This document shows positions 1 through 10,021 of a stretch of DNA of 64,000 nucleotides, piece by piece. The notes under the pieces are model-generated. The model ran no database searches. It had not been told where the DNA came from and saw only the letters and a list, made by a program, of their open reading frames with translations. Position 1 is the first letter of the stretch. Each line of letters begins with the position of its first letter. Both the position numbers and the translations under genes were made by a program. The DNA is taken from NCBI GenBank assembly GCA_965261055.1, contig OZ253440.1, forward strand, positions 894,301-958,300, in the 5' to 3' direction. This DNA comes from Fibrobacteria bacterium. GTDB lineage: Bacteria; Fibrobacterota; Fibrobacteria; UBA11236; JADFYW01.

Positions 1-137
1 GTTTTATTTTGATTGATCACAATTTTCTGTTTTATTTTTGCATTAAGATTTGATAATTCTTGATCAGAAATAAGTTTCAAAGGTTCTTTAGAAACTGGGC
101 AACATAAAATTTCTAATAATTCAGATTTTATTAACAT
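1..137 (-). CDS. Trm112/UPF0434-like protein, runs off the window start
   Basis: Manual translation from ATG at 137: MLIKSELLEILCCPVSKEPLKLISDQELSNLNAKIKQK, matching the LLEILxCPxxKxPL signature; directly downstream of accA. Confidence 0.75.
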   Translation of the reverse strand, partial: MLIKSELLEILCCPVSKEPLKLISDQELSNLNAKIKQKIVINQNK

Positions 138-142
138 CTTAC

Positions 143-1102
143 TTAATTTCCAATGACAGTATATTTTTCTAAACGCTGTTCAAGAAGCTCATCTAAAGTT
201 AATTTTTGTAGTACAAAGAGCTCTTCTAAAACAATTTCTTTCGTGATCTTAATTGTTTCATCATTATCCCAATGAGCACCACCTAAAGGTTCTGGTACAA
301 TACGATCTACAATAGAAGCTACCTTTAAATCACCTGCGGTTAATTTCATAATTTCAGAAACTTCTCGTTTTTTACTAGCATCACCCCACAAAATAGTTGC
401 ACAACCTTCAGGACTAATAACACTATACCAAGTGTTTTCAAGCATTAAAAAACGATCGGAAATTCCAATGCCTAAAGCACCTCCACTAGCACCCTCTCCA
501 ATTACAATACAAATAATAGGTACTTTTATTTTAGTCATTTCCAAAATATTACGAGCAATTGCCTCAGCCTGTCCCCGCTCTTCTGCACCTAATCCAGGGT
601 AGGCTCCTGGTGTATCAATAAAAGAAATAATAGGTAACCCAAAGCGTTCTCCTAAACGAAATATACGTAAAGCTTTACGATAACCTTCAGGATGAGCCAT
701 TCCAAAATTATACTCAATACTTTCCTTAGTGCTCTTACCTTTCTGATGACCAACAACAACAACACTTTGATTATTTAATTTCGCAATTCCAGAAACTAAA
801 GCAGAATCTTCACCAAAAAGACGATCTCCCTTAAGCTCAACAAAATCCGTAAACATCTTTTTAATGAAATCTTGTGTATAAGGACGCCCCGTTCTTCTTG
901 ACAATTCTACTCGATCCCAAGGCGTCATCTTTTCATACACTTTTTTATATTGTTTTAATTTTTTACTCATCAGCTTCTCAATTTCTTCAGAAGCAATATC
1001 GTCTTGCTTTGTTAAACTTTGAACTTTTTGACAAAATTCAACAAAAGGCTTTTCAAATTCCAAAAAAGGACCTTTGGGTATTTTCCTAGTATATTTTTCC
1101 AT
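143..1102 (-). CDS. accA: Acetyl-CoA carboxylase carboxyltransferase subunit alpha
   Basis: Motifs ELKGDR, FGMAHPEGYRKALR, IDTPGAYPG, AEERGQ, GEGASGGAL; ATG at 1102 preferred over TTG at 1108. Confidence 0.97.
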   Translation of the reverse strand: MEKYTRKIPKGPFLEFEKPFVEFCQKVQSLTKQDDIASEEIEKLMSKKLKQYKKVYEKMTPWDRVELSRRTGRPYTQDFIKKMFTDFVELKGDRLFGEDSALVSGIAKLNNQSVVVVGHQKGKSTKESIEYNFGMAHPEGYRKALRIFRLGERFGLPIISFIDTPGAYPGLGAEERGQAEAIARNILEMTKIKVPIICIVIGEGASGGALGIGISDRFLMLENTWYSVISPEGCATILWGDASKKREVSEIMKLTAGDLKVASIVDRIVPEPLGGAHWDNDETIKITKEIVLEELFVLQKLTLDELLEQRLEKYTVIGN

Positions 1103-1132
1103 TTTCAAAAAAATAGCAAAAAAACCCTATTT

Positions 1133-1840
1133 TTACCTTTTAAAACGTAAAAAAAACAATAACCATAAAGCTTCTCTGATAATCTTGCCAGACATTTTAG
1201 AATAGCCTGCTTGGCGGTCAACAAAAACAATGGAAATCTCTTTAAATTTTGCCTTTAATTTCCACAAACGATAAGATATCTCAATTTGAAAAGAGTATCC
1301 ATCAGAATAAATTTTATCTAAATCAATTTTTTCTAAAGCATTAACTTTAAAACATTTATATCCACTTGTTAAATCTTGTATTGGGATTCCCGTAATTAAA
1401 CGAGCATATATATTAGCAAAATAACTTAACAATACCCTCTTAAGAGGCCAATTTACAACATTAATACCATTTAAATAACGACTTCCTAACACAACATCAT
1501 GCGACTTTATTTCTTTTAAAAAATCCAGAATATATTTTGGATTATGCGAAAAGTCAGCATCCATTTCAAAAACAATATCATATTTATTTTGAATTGCAAA
1601 ACGGAAGCCCTCAACATAGGCCGTTCCCAAACCCATTTTTTTAGAACGTTGTATACAATGCAAATATTCTTTTGTTTTCATTTGCTTTTTAACCCATTGT
1701 CCTGTACCATCAGGTGAACCGTCATCTACAACTAAAATATGTATAGACAAATCTAAAGCAACAATACTTTTAATTAGTTTTGGTAAATTTTCGATTTCAT
1801 TGTAAGTAGGAATAATAATTAATATTCTATTTGAATTCAT
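1133..1840 (-). CDS. Polyprenol-phosphate mannosyltransferase (DPM1-like GT2)
   Basis: IIPTYNE, VDDGSPDGT, EMDADFSH, GYSFQIE; start at MNSNRIL (1840) gives an ATGA overlap with the pyrB stop. Confidence 0.9.
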   Translation of the reverse strand: MNSNRILIIIPTYNEIENLPKLIKSIVALDLSIHILVVDDGSPDGTGQWVKKQMKTKEYLHCIQRSKKMGLGTAYVEGFRFAIQNKYDIVFEMDADFSHNPKYILDFLKEIKSHDVVLGSRYLNGINVVNWPLKRVLLSYFANIYARLITGIPIQDLTSGYKCFKVNALEKIDLDKIYSDGYSFQIEISYRLWKLKAKFKEISIVFVDRQAGYSKMSGKIIREALWLLFFLRFKR

Positions 1841-2823
1841 CTTCCAACCTTTTCTAAAATTTCTGATTGCACTTGAAAAATTGTAGCTAATAAAGCTGTT
1901 CGAACCCACATTCCATTGCGTTCTTGTATCCAATATTTAGCTCTAGGATCTAAATCAATAGAAACATCTATCTCATCACGACGTGGAAAAGGATGTAAAA
2001 TAATAGACTCTGATTTCATAAATTCTAAATGTTTTTGTTTCAACTTAAACTCAGACATATTAACAGAACTTGATTTAAAATCATAGTCATGTTCATCTTG
2101 TAAACGTGTCACATAAAGAACATCTAATTTGGGTAAAACTTCTTTTAAATCTTGAGTTAATGTATAATTAATATTTTTTTTCTTTAAATATTCTAGAATA
2201 TCATAACCCATTTGAAATATAGAGGGAGCAATAAAAACAAGCTGAACATCTTTATAATTTTTCATCAAATAACACAAAGAGCGTACAGTTCGACCTCGCT
2301 TTAAATCACCCATGAAACCTATAGTTTTACCATCAACTCCCCCCAGTTTAGCAAAACTTCTCTCAATAGTATAAACATCTAACAAGGCTTGTGTAGGATG
2401 TTGGTCTTGTCCACTACCAGCATTAATAATAGAGACATTTAATTGAACAGATTCAAAAAAATTTACGACCCCTTGTGCTTGACCCGACTGATTTGTTCTC
2501 ATAATAATGGCATCAACATAAGAACTAAATGTTCGAATACTATCTAAAAAGCTTTCACCTTTAATTTCTGAGGAAATAGATATATCACGAATTTCACTAG
2601 TCTGCATTCCCAATAACTGACAAGCAGTATTGAAAGAAAGAAAAGTACGAGTAGAAGGTTGTGAAAAGTAAAGCATCACTCGTTTATGAGCTAACCTTTT
2701 TCTTAAAAACAATAGACCATCTTTACTTTTTGAAATTTGGACTATAGCATCTGCCAAAGAAAATAAATGATTGAGAGAATCTCTATTAAATTGCTGAGTT
2801 TGTATTATATTCCAAAATTGCAT
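1837..2823 (-). CDS. pyrB: Aspartate carbamoyltransferase catalytic subunit
   Basis: PSTRT, KGES, NAGSG..QHPTQALLD, GDLKRGRTVRSL, YVTRLQ, HPFPR. Confidence 0.93.
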   Translation of the reverse strand: MQFWNIIQTQQFNRDSLNHLFSLADAIVQISKSKDGLLFLRKRLAHKRVMLYFSQPSTRTFLSFNTACQLLGMQTSEIRDISISSEIKGESFLDSIRTFSSYVDAIIMRTNQSGQAQGVVNFFESVQLNVSIINAGSGQDQHPTQALLDVYTIERSFAKLGGVDGKTIGFMGDLKRGRTVRSLCYLMKNYKDVQLVFIAPSIFQMGYDILEYLKKKNINYTLTQDLKEVLPKLDVLYVTRLQDEHDYDFKSSSVNMSEFKLKQKHLEFMKSESIILHPFPRRDEIDVSIDLDPRAKYWIQERNGMWVRTALLATIFQVQSEILEKVGR

Positions 2824-2829
2824 ATCTAT

Positions 2830-3738
2830 TTAATCTTCTACTTTAAATTTTTTTTGATGATCTCGATATACAATCATTTCCCCAACAAGACCCAAGGATA
2901 CAATCTGTACTCCTAAAAGAATACAAACAAAACCACCAACCATTAAAGGACGCAAGGTTAATTGTCCATACATAAGCCATAAAATAAGAAAATAAGTAAC
3001 AAGTCCTCCACCCAATGCCATAAGCAAAAAACCTACCATTCCAAAAACATGTAAAGGACGTGTATTATAACGATGTAAAAAAAGCATCGTAATTAAATCA
3101 AAAAAACCATGGAATAAACGAGACCAACCATATTTAGACTCGCCAAAGCGACGCGAACGATGTTCTACAACACACTCTCCGATTTTAAAACCGTTCCAAG
3201 ATGCCATTACAGGAATATATCGATGCAGATCTCCGTACAAATTTAATTGTGAGGTTACTTTTCTACGGTATAGTTTAAAACCACAATTAAAATCGTTCAA
3301 ATGAGTACCTGAGGCAATTCTCACCACAAAATTAAAGAATTTAGATGGAAGAGTTTTTCCTAAAGGATCAAATCGTTTCTTTTTCCAACCTGAAACTAAA
3401 TCAAAACCTTCTTCTAATTTTTTAAATAAATTAGGTATTTCTTTAGGGTCATCTTGTAAATCAGCGTCCATTGTGACAATAAAGCGACCTTTTGCTCGCT
3501 TAAACCCTTCACTCAAAGCAAAAGCTTTGCCAACATTACAACTGAAACGTATTGGGATTAAGTTTGTATATTGTTCTCTAACAGATTTTAACCACTGAAA
3601 AGAATCATCTTGACTGCCATCATCTATCACAAGAACCTCATACTCTCCTAAAGAACCACAAACTTCAGTAATTTCTTCAAGTAAAGTAGGCAAACTTTCT
3701 TTTTCATTATAGGCTGGTATAACAATTGATAAAAACAT
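2830..3738 (-). CDS. Glycosyltransferase family 2, ArnC/DPM-like, with two C-terminal TM helices
   Basis: IVIPAYNE, DDGSQD, TMDADLQDDP, DFNCGFKLY, HRYIP. Confidence 0.9.
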   Translation of the reverse strand: MFLSIVIPAYNEKESLPTLLEEITEVCGSLGEYEVLVIDDGSQDDSFQWLKSVREQYTNLIPIRFSCNVGKAFALSEGFKRAKGRFIVTMDADLQDDPKEIPNLFKKLEEGFDLVSGWKKKRFDPLGKTLPSKFFNFVVRIASGTHLNDFNCGFKLYRRKVTSQLNLYGDLHRYIPVMASWNGFKIGECVVEHRSRRFGESKYGWSRLFHGFFDLITMLFLHRYNTRPLHVFGMVGFLLMALGGGLVTYFLILWLMYGQLTLRPLMVGGFVCILLGVQIVSLGLVGEMIVYRDHQKKFKVED

Positions 3739-3866
3739 GTCAATTTAAAATAAAATATATCCTAAATATAAAAAATTATCAATTTTAAGGGAAATTATAT
3801 AGATAAGTTCTCAAAATAATACGCTATTTTATAGCATAAATACAAAACAAGAAAAAAGTCGAAATA

Positions 3867-4210
3867 ATATTAACATTTGAATTTGTGAAAACTCTTGATA
3901 CAGAGAAAAATACATTAAATTTTTAGAAAATCTAAGATGGGGAAATAAAATAACTTATGTCCATTATAAAAGCGACAGGATTGAAATAAAAAAGGGAAAA
4001 GGTCATCAATGTAAAGATTGTTGCAAAATATTTAATGTCAGACTAATCAAATCCTTTACAGATTTCCTGTTTAAAATACTGAATAGATGTTGTCAAGGTA
4101 TATTTTATTATTATTCACAAAATAAAAAATCCTTCAGGGCTTCTTTAAATGTAAAAAGATCCTACAGTTAAAGAAACAACAACAAAAACCTCTTGGTTTT
4201 TGTTATTAGT
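3867..4210 (+). pseudogene. Degenerate IS1595/ISXO2-family transposase N-terminal remnant
   Basis: Frameshifted fragments FEFVKTLDTE / KYIKFLENLRWGNKITYVHYKS..HQCKDCCKIFNVR / KTSWFLL resemble the IS1595 N-terminus (FLExxRW-CPxC...CxxC-F-V and KTAWFML); first Cys pair lost; no DDE core. Confidence 0.6.
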
Positions 4211-4233
4211 ATACAGCGATATAAATATCTAAT

Positions 4234-7200
4234 CTATATTGGACCTTGTTCACTAAAGAAAAGAATCTCTGATGCAGTTCCCTGAAAATCTGCTAAAGGG
4301 TATTGTACGACACCATCTCCAATAAGATAACCTGGAGCACCTCCACCAGTATAATCAACTAGCCCTAGAATCATTTCTGTTGTATTTGAAGCTCCCGTAA
4401 TCTGGGAAATAGTCGTTCCTTCAGTAACCCAAATCTTAATACTTGCATTGCTCATTGCATCAGGGGCAACCACAATTTGGAGTATATACACATAATTTGT
4501 ATTTTGAGATAAACCTGTTACTTGTGCATCTATATCTGCACCTACACCAACACTTACGATAAAAGCACCGTTTTCATAACCGAATGTAAAACCTGTTCCA
4601 CCTCCAGATTCATAAATCAACCCTTCAGTCGCTGATGAATTAAAACTTCCAGCAAAAATAGAATTTTGTTTATCATAAGGACCCATTGGATCTTTCTGAA
4701 TATTCACAACATTATTGGCATCAATTGTTTGTGTAACCATTAAACCTGCCAATAACCCTTCTGCCCTGATAAGTGATGGTGGTTGTGTTACTGTTACGGT
4801 TACTCTCACTCTTATATCAGATCCGTCTGTGGTCTCTGCGAAGATACTTGCTATTCCCACTCCTACTGCTGTTATCACACCACTTTGATTCACAGTCGCT
4901 ACTGATGTTACATTACTTGACCATGTCAATGTTTGGTTGGTCGCATTAACTGGTAATACTGTCACCGTTACTGTTGCTGTCAATCCGTTTACTATACTTA
5001 CTGTAGATTCATCAACACTCACACTACTTACCAATATCGGTGTTACTGTTACTGCTACTGTTGCTATGTAAGGTCCGTCGCTTGTCGTTACTGTGATGGT
5101 TACTGTTCCCACTCCTAATGCTGTTATTTCACCACTTTGATCCACGGTCGCTACTTGAGCATCACTACTTGACCATGTCACTGAATTGTTGGTCGCATTA
5201 GCCGGTGCTATTGTTGCCGTTACTGGTGCTGTCGATCCGTCTACTATACTTATTGTAGCACTTCCAGAAATACTCACACCCGTTACACTTACTGTTCCAG
5301 CGGTTACTGTGACAACTATTGTCTTTGTTATATTAGATCCGTCGCTTGTCGTTACGGTGATGTCCGCTGTACCTACCCCTACTGCTGTTATTTCACCACT
5401 TTGATTCACTGTCGCTACTTGATCATCACTACTTGACCACATCAATCCTTTATTTGCAGCATTAGCTGGTTCTACTGTTGCCGTTACTGTTTCTGTCGAT
5501 CCGCTTACTATACCTACTGTAGCACTACTAACACTCACACCACTTACCAATATCGGTGTTACTGTTACTGCTACTGTCGCTGTGTGAGATCCGTCGATTG
5601 TCGTTACGGTGATGGTTGCTGTGCCAGCTCCTGCTGCTGTTATCACACCGTTATCCACGGTCGCTACTTGATCATCACTACTTGACCATGTCACCGAGTT
5701 GTCGGTCGCATTAGCCGGTACTATTGTTGCCGTTACTGATGCTGTCGATCCGTCTACTATACTTATTGTAGCACTTCCAGAAATACTCACACCCGTTACA
5801 CTTACTGTTCCAGCGGTTACTGTGACAACTATTGTCTCTGTTATGTTAGATGCATCTTGTGTCGTTACAGTGATGTTCGCTGTGCCTTCTCCTACTGCTG
5901 TTATTTCACCACTTTGATCCACTGTCGCTACTTGAGCATCACTACTTGACCATGTCACCGATTTATCTGTCGCATTAGCAGGTGATACTGTCGCTAAGAT
6001 TGTTGCGGTCAATCCATCTACTATACTTACTGTGGATTCATCAACACTCACACTACTTACCAATATCGGTGTTACTGTTACGGTTACTTCCGCTGTGTGA
6101 GATCCATCGATTGTCGTTACGGTGATGGTTGCTGTTCCCACTCCTAATGCTGTTATCACACCGTTATCAACGGTCGCTATTGATGTTTCATCACTTGACC
6201 ATGTCACCGATTTATCTGTCGCATTAGCAGGTGATACTGTCGCTACTACTGTTGCGGTCAATCCATTTACTATACTTACTGTGGATTCATCAACACTCAC
6301 ACCACTTACACTTATTGTTCCGATTGGTACAGCTGTTACTGTTACGGTTACTTCCGCTGTGTGAGATCCGTCGATTGTCGTTACGGTGATCGTTACTGTG
6401 CCTACTCCTACTCCTGTTATTTCACCACTTTGATTCACTGTCGCTACTGATGTTTCATCACTTGACCATGTCACCGAGTCGTCCGTCGCATTAGCAGGTG
6501 ATACTGTCGCTAGGATTGTTGCGGTCAATCCATCTACTACTATACTTACTGTGGATTCATCAACACTCACACTACTTACCAATATCGGTGTTACTGTTAC
6601 GGTTACTTCCGCTGTGTGAGATCCGTCGATTGTCGTTACGGTGATGGTTGCTGTTCCCACTCCTAATGCTGTTATCACACCGTTATCAACAGTCGCTATT
6701 GATGTTTCATCACTTGACCATGTCACCGATTTATCTGTCGCATTAGCAGGTGATACTGTCGCTACTACTGTTGCGGTCAATCCATCTACTATACTTACTG
6801 TGGATTCATCAACACTCACACCACTTACACTTACTATTGCTGTTACTATTACGGTTACTTCCGCTGTGTGAGATCCGTCGATTGTCGTTACGGTGATCGT
6901 TACTGTGCCTACTCCTACTCCTGTTATTTCACCACTTTGATTCACTGTCGCTACTGATGTTTCATCACTTGACCATGTCACCGAGTCGTCCGTCGCATTA
7001 GTCGGTGCTATTGTTGCCGTTACTGGTGCTGTCGATCCGTCTACTATACTTATTCTAGCACTTCCAATACTCACACCCGTTACACTTACTATTCCAGCGG
7101 TGACTGTGACAACTATTGTCTTTGTTATATTAGATGCATCTTGTGTCGTTACGGTGATGTCCGCTATACCTACTCCTATTCCTGTTATTTCACCACTTTG

Positions 7201-7680
7201 ATTCACGGTCGCTACTTGAGCATCACTACTTGACCACATCAATCCTTTGTTGGCAGCATTAGCTGGTTCTACTGTTGCCGTTACTGTTTCTGTCGATCCG
7301 CTTACTATACCTACTGTAGCACTACTAACACTCACACCACTTACCAATATCGGTGTTACTGTTACGGTTACTTCCGCTGTGTGAGATCCGTCGGTTGTTG
7401 TTACGGTAATTGTTGCTGTTCCCACTCCTACTCCTGTTATCACACCGTTATCAATGGTCGCTACTTGATCATCATTTGTTGACCATGTCACTCTTTTGTC
7501 GATCGCTGTCGGTGGTAATATTGTCGCTACGACTGGTGCTGTCAATCCGTCTACTATACTTACTGTAATACTACTAACGGTCACACCCATTACATCTACT
7601 GGAGTAGTGACAGAAATTCCTTTACAATTCCATACCATCAAAGTCATTACCATCATAACCTTAAATAGGTTATTATACAT
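4234..7680 (-). CDS. Surface lipoprotein with 11 tandem bacterial Ig-like group 2 (Big_2) domains and a ~190-aa C-terminal domain; putative adhesin
   Basis: Eleven copies of (VT/LM/LT)WS...VATV..G.IT..G.G...ITVTT; N-terminus MYNNLFKVMMVMTLMVWNC is lipobox-like; ATG at 7680. Confidence 0.88.
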   Translation of the reverse strand: MYNNLFKVMMVMTLMVWNCKGISVTTPVDVMGVTVSSITVSIVDGLTAPVVATILPPTAIDKRVTWSTNDDQVATIDNGVITGVGVGTATITVTTTDGSHTAEVTVTVTPILVSGVSVSSATVGIVSGSTETVTATVEPANAANKGLMWSSSDAQVATVNQSGEITGIGVGIADITVTTQDASNITKTIVVTVTAGIVSVTGVSIGSARISIVDGSTAPVTATIAPTNATDDSVTWSSDETSVATVNQSGEITGVGVGTVTITVTTIDGSHTAEVTVIVTAIVSVSGVSVDESTVSIVDGLTATVVATVSPANATDKSVTWSSDETSIATVDNGVITALGVGTATITVTTIDGSHTAEVTVTVTPILVSSVSVDESTVSIVVDGLTATILATVSPANATDDSVTWSSDETSVATVNQSGEITGVGVGTVTITVTTIDGSHTAEVTVTVTAVPIGTISVSGVSVDESTVSIVNGLTATVVATVSPANATDKSVTWSSDETSIATVDNGVITALGVGTATITVTTIDGSHTAEVTVTVTPILVSSVSVDESTVSIVDGLTATILATVSPANATDKSVTWSSSDAQVATVDQSGEITAVGEGTANITVTTQDASNITETIVVTVTAGTVSVTGVSISGSATISIVDGSTASVTATIVPANATDNSVTWSSSDDQVATVDNGVITAAGAGTATITVTTIDGSHTATVAVTVTPILVSGVSVSSATVGIVSGSTETVTATVEPANAANKGLMWSSSDDQVATVNQSGEITAVGVGTADITVTTSDGSNITKTIVVTVTAGTVSVTGVSISGSATISIVDGSTAPVTATIAPANATNNSVTWSSSDAQVATVDQSGEITALGVGTVTITVTTSDGPYIATVAVTVTPILVSSVSVDESTVSIVNGLTATVTVTVLPVNATNQTLTWSSNVTSVATVNQSGVITAVGVGIASIFAETTDGSDIRVRVTVTVTQPPSLIRAEGLLAGLMVTQTIDANNVVNIQKDPMGPYDKQNSIFAGSFNSSATEGLIYESGGGTGFTFGYENGAFIVSVGVGADIDAQVTGLSQNTNYVYILQIVVAPDAMSNASIKIWVTEGTTISQITGASNTTEMILGLVDYTGGGAPGYLIGDGVVQYPLADFQGTASEILFFSEQGPI
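4800..7590. repeat. Intragenic repeat array of ~250-260 bp Big_2-coding units, several nearly identical
   Basis: ~6060-6310 and ~6580-6830 nearly identical (offset 519); 5186-5300 vs 5699-5815 (offset 513); ~5400-5570 vs ~7200-7370. Confidence 0.9.
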
Positions 7681-7864
7681 ATGCACCCCCAATTAGCTTA
7701 TTTGCAAAACTTGAAAAGTAAAAAATTCCACTATAAAAATCTTTATTTTTTAATAAATTTTAATAAAACACAACTTTTTTGTAAAAAACAGATGTTACCA
7801 TATAATCGTAGTACTTTAAAAAATGATCCATGGAGATAATAATTTCTCCAAGGTTATCTAAAAA

Positions 7865-8263
7865 GAAAAAGTGAATCTATAAGCCGAGTTCTGTCGCAAA
7901 CCTTTTACAAAGTTTGGGATAATCATCTATCTGGGAGCTATATTACTATAACCCTCTAGCTATCTACCCAGAAGTCAAAGGAAACAAACAACTTCCTATT
8001 CTTTCGAATTCCTTTCCTATTCGATATTGCACCGAATGGGGTTTACCCTGCCTTTTTTGTCACCAAAAAAGCGGTGAGCTCTTACCTCACCGTTTCACCC
8101 TTACCCAAAATGGCGGTTTAATTTCTGTGGCACTTTCCATCTGTCACCAGATCTGGTCTTTCGCCAGCATTCCGTCCTATGGTGCTCGGACTTTCCTCTC
8201 CTAATACCTACGCAATATTACAATGTAATAGCCATTAAAAGCGATTATCCAACTCACTTTTCC
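7865..8263 (-). ncRNA. rnpB: RNase P RNA (bacterial, probably class A)
   Basis: Minus strand begins GGAAAAGTGAGTTGGATAATCGC, contains GAGGAAAGTCCGAGCAC and ends ACAGAACTCGGCTTATAGATTCACTTTTTC; the two ends pair as P1 and both universal P4 motifs are present. Confidence 0.95.
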
Positions 8264-8345
8264 AAATGAAAAGATAATAAAATAAAGGGGAAAATAAAAT
8301 AAAATTTGAAAAACTACACTACATTAGCAAATTAGCAAAACTTAT

Positions 8346-9272
8346 TTAAGAAAAATCATCTAAATCATGATGTTTTTCTTCAAAAGGCTCTAAATGCACT
8401 AATATATTAGTCTTATTCCCAAAAACTTCTCGTAGTTTTAATTCTATCTCAACTGAAATATCATGAGCTTCTTTTAAGTTCATAGTCGGCTCTAACATAA
8501 TATGCATATCCATAAAAAGCCTTGAACCCATTTTTCTCACACGAATATTATGATAATTATGTATCACCGAAAAAGTATCTAACACTTTTTGAATAGAAGT
8601 TCGAACATCTTTATTTGGAGCTGCCTCTAAAAACTCTTGAATCACTTTTTTTGAAAATTTAATACCTGTAATAAAAATAATACAGCCAACAACAAAACCA
8701 CCAAAAACATCTGCTTGTTCAAAACCAAAAAACATTAAAATCATTCCTAACAAAACGACAAAAGATGATATAGAATCAGAACGATGATGCCAAGCATTTG
8801 TTTTCAACAAACTTGATTTCCACTTTACCGACAAACGCAATGTCCAACGATACAAAAATTCTTTAATTACAATAGATACAATTGATACAATAATAACTGG
8901 TTTTTGTTCTACAAACTCCAAAACAGAAGAAGAATTTAAACCAAATATTTCCTGAATAGTAACATATATAATAGATAAACCTGTTCCCATAATAAACAGA
9001 GATACAACCATTTCAGCAAAGGTTTCAAATTTACCATGTCCATAATGATGATCTTCGTCAGGAGGGTTACTTCCCATTTTAACACCCAAAACAACCACAA
9101 CATCTGTAACCAAATCAGTTAACGAATGAAAACCATCAGAAATAAGAGAGAAAGATCCAAAAACAAAACCAACAAGTAATTTAATAACTGTTAGAATAAT
9201 ATTCAGAACAAAACTTCCGATAGTGACTCGCACCACATCCATTCCATAAGTTTTTGTAGACTTTACATTCAT
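8346..9272 (-). CDS. Cation diffusion facilitator family transporter (FieF-like)
   Basis: SDGFHSLTD, PPDEDHHYGHGKFE, AWHHRSD, C-terminal dimerisation domain ending ILVHLEP. Confidence 0.92.
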   Translation of the reverse strand: MNVKSTKTYGMDVVRVTIGSFVLNIILTVIKLLVGFVFGSFSLISDGFHSLTDLVTDVVVVLGVKMGSNPPDEDHHYGHGKFETFAEMVVSLFIMGTGLSIIYVTIQEIFGLNSSSVLEFVEQKPVIIVSIVSIVIKEFLYRWTLRLSVKWKSSLLKTNAWHHRSDSISSFVVLLGMILMFFGFEQADVFGGFVVGCIIFITGIKFSKKVIQEFLEAAPNKDVRTSIQKVLDTFSVIHNYHNIRVRKMGSRLFMDMHIMLEPTMNLKEAHDISVEIELKLREVFGNKTNILVHLEPFEEKHHDLDDFS

Positions 9273-9359
9273 ATTTAATCCTAATAAAACTTTATATCAT
9301 CTTTAAAATTTTGTACTTAAGACTTAATTTCAACTTATTTAAGTTTAGCTTTAGATTCT

Positions 9360-9935
9360 TCAGAGATCAACTTTCACTTCAGAATTTGTATCAGTTTTTA
9401 CTCCAATCTTAGATTTGATTTTAGGGCTAATCTTTACCAACGATGAATCTTTTAAAATAACTTCTACAGAATCGATCCATTCATCATTTTCCCAATCTGT
9501 TTTGTTAATTGTCCTATTCATAAAATGGTGTGCCATAGGTTTCACAATATCTTCTAATTTATATATACCATAAGGAATAGGAATTGCTCTTGAATAAACT
9601 GTATCTGCTTTAATATCAATCAAAAATCCCTGAATAACCCATTCACGATAAACTCTCAAAATTTTTGGAAAAAAAACCCAATTAACCTGAAAAACATTAC
9701 CCCATTTCTTAGCACAAGTAACCTCTAAACAATTATATTTAGACTTATTCAGTAAAATAACTGTTCCTAGGCTATAATATGCCTTTTTTAAGTTCTCTCT
9801 AATTAACTCATTGTTTTCCATTAGAGTTATACTATCAACATCAGAGTGATTTAGTGGCAAAAGCAAAACTTCCTCTGAAGCATACGAAAAAGAAATAAAA
9901 ACAACACAACACAAAATTTGACACAACAACCGCAT
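9360..9935 (-). CDS. Hypothetical exported protein
   Basis: Signal peptide (..SFSYA-SEE) and a CxxxxCA motif; family not recognised. Confidence 0.6.
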   Translation of the reverse strand: MRLLCQILCCVVFISFSYASEEVLLLPLNHSDVDSITLMENNELIRENLKKAYYSLGTVILLNKSKYNCLEVTCAKKWGNVFQVNWVFFPKILRVYREWVIQGFLIDIKADTVYSRAIPIPYGIYKLEDIVKPMAHHFMNRTINKTDWENDEWIDSVEVILKDSSLVKISPKIKSKIGVKTDTNSEVKVDL

Positions 9936-10021
9936 GAAAGACTCCTAGGAAATCAAAAGACCAAAGGTATAATAATCTTGTATCGTTTACAAACAATGAT
10001 ATTTTTTATAGCTTTGTGCCT

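Noticed and set aside
4800..7590. Repeats as a CRISPR array or DGR template/variable repeat
   Set aside because: Repeats are in-frame ~85-codon protein domains with no unique spacers, no cas or reverse transcriptase gene, and no adenine-specific mismatch pattern noticed
5186..7696. Plus-strand ORFs 5186-5404, 5699-5917, 6122-6364, 6641-6871, 7496-7696
   Set aside because: Antisense shadows of the Val/Thr-rich Big_2 gene
7831..7850. TGGAGA-N8-TCTCCA hairpin downstream of rnpB as a terminator
   Set aside because: Short stem and the U-tract is not adjacent; too weak to call
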